Assembly: GCA_964412585.1 (NCBI GenBank) | Contig: CAYPPJ010000001.1 | Span: 149,334 to 213,333 of the forward strand | Direction: 5' to 3' | Source of the DNA: an uncultured Candidatus Saccharibacteria bacterium | GTDB lineage: Bacteria; Patescibacteriota; Minisyncoccia; Phycocordibacterales; PALSA-1337 | Length of the DNA: 64,000 bases | Shown: positions 59,288-64,000 of the stretch, piece by piece | Layout: every line of letters starts with the position of its first letter | Position numbering within the stretch: position 1 is the stretch's first letter | Program-made: the position numbers and the translations under genes | The notes under the pieces: model-generated | What the model was told of the DNA's origin: nothing | What the model saw: only the letters and a program-made list of their open reading frames with translations | Databases searched by the model: none

Positions 59288-60806
59288 ATAACGACTTAAA
59301 TGAGCTCACAAATGAGTCATATTCAGACTGCTTGAATCCTTTTATGCTTGTATCGACAAGAAAGACAACAACATTTGATGAATCGAGCACAAAAATTTTT
59401 CCTGTCAGGCGTTCTTCGCGGTTATGTATAACATAATCAAGTGACATGTGGCCCTGGAATGTGCCATAGCCTGAACTCTGTAATACACTTTTGGTATCCG
59501 CTTCGGTCATTCCATCTAATATTGACTTCAATGCCCCTTTCGCATCTTCATCAGAAGTGATGATCGGGATAGAATATATAATTTTCATGACTGTGTATGA
59601 TGAATCAATCGTCTTTGAATCATACTGATTTGCATCCATTGTTATGGTAGAAAAACTACGTCTCTTTGTACTAAATATAGGTACTGCTGGCAGGAGCACT
59701 GAGAACCTATCCTTCTCGGACACGAACGTCTGCCAATTGGCCGCAACTGGCGGTGTCAACATGGAACTCGTTTGCGGTAAATCCACCCGCTCACAATGTG
59801 GGCCATTCGTATCACTGACTGCAACACCAGTCCCTCCGTATCCGCTCGCATCTATGCAAAATGACTCCTTGACTGAGACGAGTTGCGCGGAGACTGCATA
59901 CTCATTTTTTGAGGCAAAACATACTGGCTGATACATATTGATTGCGGATATAGATAGAGCAATCCCCGCAGTCGCAAAGACACCCTGATAGCAAGTGTTT
60001 GCCGTCGCCTTTGGTGATGTGCTATCCGCATTATACATCTCAATCATCGGACGAATAGAAGTAAGTGTGCTCCTAATTGTTGCATCCTTTCCTTTACCTC
60101 GTGCAGAATTGAGTGAGACAAGTACAACTGATGAGAGAATACCTATCACAGCTATAACTACAAGAATCGCCACGACGACAATAACTACAGTTAGGGCAGT
60201 ATTCTTTCCAGTACCCTTGAGCGATGCTGCATCAATTTTTTTCACATCCTCAGGTGTGTATGAGCTTGGCACCACCATTGTTTTAGACAGGCTATCATGC
60301 CAACCAACGGGATTGGCACCAAATAGGAATGAAAATTGATCGAAAGGTATGAGGCGAGCAAACGACCTTCCAATAATATTTTTGAGCGGTGGTTTGCTCC
60401 CATCCCGCATCACAACCTTTGTCTTGGTGATATATTTTGCGGGAGTTTTTTGAAGTATTCCTTCGAAAATCACAAAATACAGGACATTAAGTAACAAGGC
60501 AACAATACTAGATACTAGTGAATAGCCCACAGATTCGGTGTTTGCCCATCGAGCGAAAGCCGGAATAAGTAATGCGAGCAGAAAAAATAGAAGAAAAGTA
60601 ATAATCCATATGCCAATATGATCAACAATATAATTGACCAGTCTTTTCCAGATAATAGTTGGTGCAAACTCTGGCTTTATCGGTGCGGGTGCTATAGTTA
60701 TTTGAGAAGGATTGGTTGCCGTGACTGGAGCTGAAACCGGATGCGCACACGAGGCGCAAAATTTGGCATCTGACGGCAACTGGGCACCACAATGAGTACA
60801 ATTCAT
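59286..60806 (-). CDS. Zinc-ribbon + RDD + type IV pilin-like + PsbP-like fusion protein
   Basis: CTHCG...FCASC; WKRLVNYIVD...QKTPAK...GWHDSLSKTMVV; VVIAVIGILSSVVLVSLNSARGKGKD; WQTFVSEKDRFSVLLP. Confidence 0.8.
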   Translation of the reverse strand: MNCTHCGAQLPSDAKFCASCAHPVSAPVTATNPSQITIAPAPIKPEFAPTIIWKRLVNYIVDHIGIWIITFLLFFLLALLIPAFARWANTESVGYSLVSSIVALLLNVLYFVIFEGILQKTPAKYITKTKVVMRDGSKPPLKNIIGRSFARLIPFDQFSFLFGANPVGWHDSLSKTMVVPSSYTPEDVKKIDAASLKGTGKNTALTVVIVVVAILVVIAVIGILSSVVLVSLNSARGKGKDATIRSTLTSIRPMIEMYNADSTSPKATANTCYQGVFATAGIALSISAINMYQPVCFASKNEYAVSAQLVSVKESFCIDASGYGGTGVAVSDTNGPHCERVDLPQTSSMLTPPVAANWQTFVSEKDRFSVLLPAVPIFSTKRRSFSTITMDANQYDSKTIDSSYTVMKIIYSIPIITSDEDAKGALKSILDGMTEADTKSVLQSSGYGTFQGHMSLDYVIHNREERLTGKIFVLDSSNVVVFLVDTSIKGFKQSEYDSFVSSFKSL

Positions 60807-60882
60807 AGAAATATGTTAGTTGTTTATATACACAGTGTAGGTTACATGGCCTCGAATATCAAGGTATACTATAAACACCTAC

Positions 60883-61134
60883 ATGAGCCCTGAGATTATC
60901 AATATAGGAAACGTCATCATCGAAATTATTATTGCTCTCTTGGTGTTACTCACGCCGATCGGGATCGTTGCGGGCATAATTGTCATAGTGACCGGAAATA
61001 GAAAAGAGCCGAAGAAAAAACATCTTCATACTGTTTTGGGTATTGTTGCAATAGTCGCTCCTATCGTCCTTTTGTTTGTTATCCTGAGTATTTGGGGACT
61101 TGTGAGGATACTAACAAACACAGTCGGGGCCTAA
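60883..61134 (+). CDS. Small 2-TM hypothetical protein
   Basis: 83-aa hydrophobic ORF with a TATACT box upstream. Confidence 0.65.
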   Translation: MSPEIINIGNVIIEIIIALLVLLTPIGIVAGIIVIVTGNRKEPKKKHLHTVLGIVAIVAPIVLLFVILSIWGLVRILTNTVGA

Positions 61135-61155
61135 CCATCGATATTAGTTTGGCCC

Positions 61156-61191
61156 ATAAAAAATCACCAGATTTCTCTGGTGATTTTTTAT
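61156..61191. terminator. Bidirectional terminator ending the rplE transcript
   Basis: ATAAAAAATCACCAGA-TTTC-TCTGGTGATTTTTTAT. Confidence 0.85.
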
Positions 61192-61197
61192 TTGAAT

Positions 61198-61758
61198 TTA
61201 TTTCTTTTTACTCTCCTCCTCTCTCTTGAGCGGCATGCCAATATGTTCGAGAAATGCGAGAGTTGCCTTTTTGTCACGAGATGTGGTGACAAGAGTGATA
61301 GCAAATCCAAATACGTCCTTCAAATCTTCATCTGATGTTTCAGGGAAAATAGTGTGCTCCTTGATACCCATGGTGTAGTTACCCATCGCATCTACTGAGG
61401 TACGTGAGAGACCACGGAAGTCCTTGGTACGAGGAAGTGCAATGTGGATGAGACGATCCATAAACTGGAACATGCGTGGACCGCGGAGAGTCACCTGGTA
61501 TCCAACAGCATCACCCTGGCGCGTCTTGAAGGTAGCAATAGCTTTCTTTGTTGCACGAACTGCTGGCTTTTGACCAGTGATCTTTGCGAGACGATCTGCA
61601 ATAAGCTCAATCTTCTTTTTGTCTTTGACTGAACCGAAACCGTTGGAAATAACAGCCTTGAGGAGTCGTGGTGCTTGCATAGGATTTTTGAGTCCAAGCT
61701 TTTCCTTGAGTGCGGCGTATGATTCTTTATTGAGTTCTGCGACTGTTTTGTATTTCAT
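61198..61758 (-). CDS. rplE: 50S ribosomal protein L5
   Basis: NPMQAPRL, ITGQKP, VTLRG, LPRTKDFRG, GNYTMGIKEHTIFPE. Confidence 0.97.
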   Translation of the reverse strand: MKYKTVAELNKESYAALKEKLGLKNPMQAPRLLKAVISNGFGSVKDKKKIELIADRLAKITGQKPAVRATKKAIATFKTRQGDAVGYQVTLRGPRMFQFMDRLIHIALPRTKDFRGLSRTSVDAMGNYTMGIKEHTIFPETSDEDLKDVFGFAITLVTTSRDKKATLAFLEHIGMPLKREEESKKK

Positions 61759-61775
61759 GGTAATGGAAAATATCA

Positions 61776-61994
61776 TTAGGCCTTCTTGGCAACCTTTGAC
61801 GCATGCATCGGCATAGCAACATCTACTACCTGACCCTTCTGACCCTGCTTGGTCGGACGCTGATGTTTGCGAACTGTGTTCATGCCTTCAACAACAATCT
61901 TGCCGAGAGCGGGGAAAGCTTTAACAACCTTGCCCGTCTTGCCTCGGTCATCGCCTGAAAGTATGGTTACTGTGTCTCCTTTCTTGATATGCAT
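61776..61994 (-). CDS. rplX: 50S ribosomal protein L24 (short)
   Basis: IKKGDTVTILSGDDRGKTGKV, VEGMN, PMHASKV. Confidence 0.96.
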   Translation of the reverse strand: MHIKKGDTVTILSGDDRGKTGKVVKAFPALGKIVVEGMNTVRKHQRPTKQGQKGQVVDVAMPMHASKVAKKA

Positions 61995-62015
61995 GGTAGT
62001 AAAGTTAATGAAAAG

Positions 62016-62387
62016 TTACACAATCTCGGGTGCTTTTGAAGCAATAGTCTTGAATCCCGCCTCACCAATCTCGCGAGGAATAGGACCAAAGATACGACCA
62101 GCAATCGGCTCTTTCTTGGTCTTTTCAATAATAACTACTGCATTCTCGTCAAAACGAATATACGAACCGTCTTTGCGACGTGTTGGCTTGATCTGGCGAA
62201 CTACCACGGCGTGGAGAACGTCCTTTTTCTTGATAGCCTTGCGTGGCTCTGCCTTCTGAACTGAGAGGACCACAACTTCGCCAAGCTCAGCATAGCGCTT
62301 GTGAGAAGCTCCGAGAACTTTGAAAATACGTCCAATCTTTGCACCGGAGTTGTCTGCTATTTTAACTATTGAACGTGGCTGTATCAT
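62016..62387 (-). CDS. rplN: 50S ribosomal protein L14
   Basis: ADNSGAK, RKDGSYIRFDENA, RIFGPIPRE. Confidence 0.97.
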   Translation of the reverse strand: MIQPRSIVKIADNSGAKIGRIFKVLGASHKRYAELGEVVVLSVQKAEPRKAIKKKDVLHAVVVRQIKPTRRKDGSYIRFDENAVVIIEKTKKEPIAGRIFGPIPREIGEAGFKTIASKAPEIV

Positions 62388-62401
62388 GGAAGTAAATGGG
62401 G

Positions 62402-62662
62402 TTATGCGATGACTTTGAATGACTTATTTTTTGAAATAGGACGGCATGCCTCGATAGTAGCGGTATCGCCAATCTTCTTTGTATTGCCAACATCGTGGGC
62501 CATGAGCTTGGTCTTCTTGGTCATGAATTTGTGATATTTGGCATGCTTGACGTAGCGCTCAATAACAACAACCGTCGTGTCCTTCATCTTGTCAGAAACA
62601 ACCACGCCAGTAAATATTTGGCGCTGGGTTTCCTTCTTTGGCTGTGTTGTGGTGGCTGACAT
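62402..62662 (-). CDS. rpsQ: 30S ribosomal protein S17
   Basis: GVVVSDKMKDT, AHD, CRPISKNK. Confidence 0.96.
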   Translation of the reverse strand: MSATTTQPKKETQRQIFTGVVVSDKMKDTTVVVIERYVKHAKYHKFMTKKTKLMAHDVGNTKKIGDTATIEACRPISKNKSFKVIA

Positions 62663-62705
62663 GTGAATGGTGATATTACTTTAAAATGCTTGATTTGTCT
62701 AGCTT

Positions 62706-62894
62706 TTAGCTCTTTTTTGCACTCAAGACGGTGAGCATGCGGGCAATATCTTTGCGAATCTCCCTACCCTGTTTGACGTTCTTTGTTTTTGCGCCTGCAC
62801 CACCAAAACGAAATACGCGCAACTCTTCACGCTTTGCCGCAACGAGCTTGGCAATATCTGCTGGTGTCTTGGTTGAAATGTCTTTGATATCCAT
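62706..62894 (-). CDS. rpmC: 50S ribosomal protein L29
   Basis: ELRVFRF...[10 protein letters not shown]; lies between rplP and rpsQ. Confidence 0.92.
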   Translation of the reverse strand: MDIKDISTKTPADIAKLVAAKREELRVFRFGGAGAKTKNVKQGREIRKDIARMLTVLSAKKS

Positions 62895-62899
62895 GGTAG

Positions 62900-63325
62900 T
62901 TATATACGCGCTACGATCTTGGTTTTGACTGGAAGCTTGGTTCCTGCTTTGCGGAGAGCCTCAGCGGCAACAGTGTTCTCGACGCCGTCAATCTCAAACA
63001 TGATGCGGCCTGGACGAACCTCAGCAACGAAGCCGACTGGGTCACCCTTGCCCTTTCCCATTTTTACTTCGGCAGGCTTCTGGGTAAATGGCATATCGGG
63101 GAAAATGCGAATCCATACTTTGCCAGACTTTGTCGCATAACGAGCCATAACTTTACGAGCGGATTCGATCTGGTTTGAAGTCACGCGACCATAGGTCATA
63201 GCCTTGAGACCAAATGAACCGAACGCGACAGAGACGCCACGGGTCTCGTGTTTGGTAGCTTCCTTCGCAGCGTTCTTGCGCTTAACGAAATGCTTGCGGT
63301 GTTTTACTTTCTTCGGGAATAACAT
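62900..63325 (-). CDS. rplP: 50S ribosomal protein L16
   Basis: [35 protein letters not shown]. Confidence 0.97.
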   Translation of the reverse strand: MLFPKKVKHRKHFVKRKNAAKEATKHETRGVSVAFGSFGLKAMTYGRVTSNQIESARKVMARYATKSGKVWIRIFPDMPFTQKPAEVKMGKGKGDPVGFVAEVRPGRIMFEIDGVENTVAAEALRKAGTKLPVKTKIVARI

Positions 63326-63334
63326 GGTAGTTTA

Positions 63335-64000
63335 TTATTTCTGGTCTTTCTTGAAAATCTCACCCTTGTAAATCCAGACCTTGATACCAATGTCTCCATA
63401 GGTCATGTGCGCCTTTTCGCGGGCAAAATCAATATCTGCACGAAGTGTCTGAAGTGGTACGCGACCTTTCTTGAGCTCTTCGCTGCGTGCGATCTCAGCG
63501 CCACCAAGGCGACCCCCGAGACGGATACGAATACCCTGCACGTCCTTGTTTGCCATGACCTTTTCGATAGTCTGTTTCATGACACGGCGGAATGGCAGAC
63601 GCTTTTCGAGAGACTCGGCAATCATCATGCCAGCAATAGCGGCGTTTGATTCTGGATTGCGGACTTCTTCAATATCAACCTTGAGTTCTTGACCTTTTAC
63701 TTCTGCCTTTGCGTCACGAATAATCTTTGCAATCTTTTCGCGAAGCTTGACGACACCGTCACCCGCTTTGCCGATGAGCATGCCTGGGCGTGAGGTCTTG
63801 ATGACAACTCGAAGCACCTTTTGGTTTCGTTCGATATCAATACCGCCAATATAATTTGAACGGAGTTCTTTTTGGAGGAATTCACGGACACTCAAATCTG
63901 CCTTGAGAGCAGTGCGATATCCCTTGTCCACGCCGAACCAACGGCTCTTCCAGTCGCGGATAACTCCAAGGCGGTGTGAATACGGGTGTACGGTGTGGGA
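63335..64000 (-). CDS. rpsC: 30S ribosomal protein S3 (start just outside the window)
   Basis: Frame open to the edge: SHTVHPYSHRLGVIRDWKSRWF; RPGMLIG, GRLGGAEIAR, PLQTLRADID. Confidence 0.97.
   Translation of the reverse strand, partial: SHTVHPYSHRLGVIRDWKSRWFGVDKGYRTALKADLSVREFLQKELRSNYIGGIDIERNQKVLRVVIKTSRPGMLIGKAGDGVVKLREKIAKIIRDAKAEVKGQELKVDIEEVRNPESNAAIAGMMIAESLEKRLPFRRVMKQTIEKVMANKDVQGIRIRLGGRLGGAEIARSEELKKGRVPLQTLRADIDFAREKAHMTYGDIGIKVWIYKGEIFKKDQK

Overview
Core-genome window from a Patescibacteria (CPR), most likely a Parcubacteria/OD1-type bacterium. The evidence is the missing rpmD/L30 between rpsE and rplO, short PheS, RF1 and EF-Ts, CPR-type pilin and peptidoglycan-binding proteins, and genetic code 11. 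It holds dnaG-rpoD, prfA-rpmE, rpsU-ybeY-ftsA, ftsZ, tsaD, gyrB, pheS/pheT, rpsB-tsf, part of the S10/spc ribosomal cluster and 6 tRNAs. Four observations stand out. (1) About ten single-gene inserts sit between housekeeping genes, most with their own sigma70 promoter and terminator. Seven encode secreted proteins with Verrucomicrobiota-like modules: a VPDxG-CTERM tail, a shared S-x-[ND]-L-x-x-W...F-[YF]-R module and an LAWxPSPD FN3 domain, some fused to CPR-type domains. This suggests a host-derived or host-mimicking surface repertoire. (2) An orphan PemK/MazF toxin faces a promoter-driven, tetraloop-rich non-coding RNA that overlaps its 3' end, a candidate RNA-antitoxin system. (3) GC-rich palindromic elements are inserted in frame inside dnaG and tsaD. 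(4) Many core genes appear leaderless or lack a Shine-Dalgarno site, while the inserts have purine-rich leaders. All family assignments come from motif recognition by eye; no searches were run.
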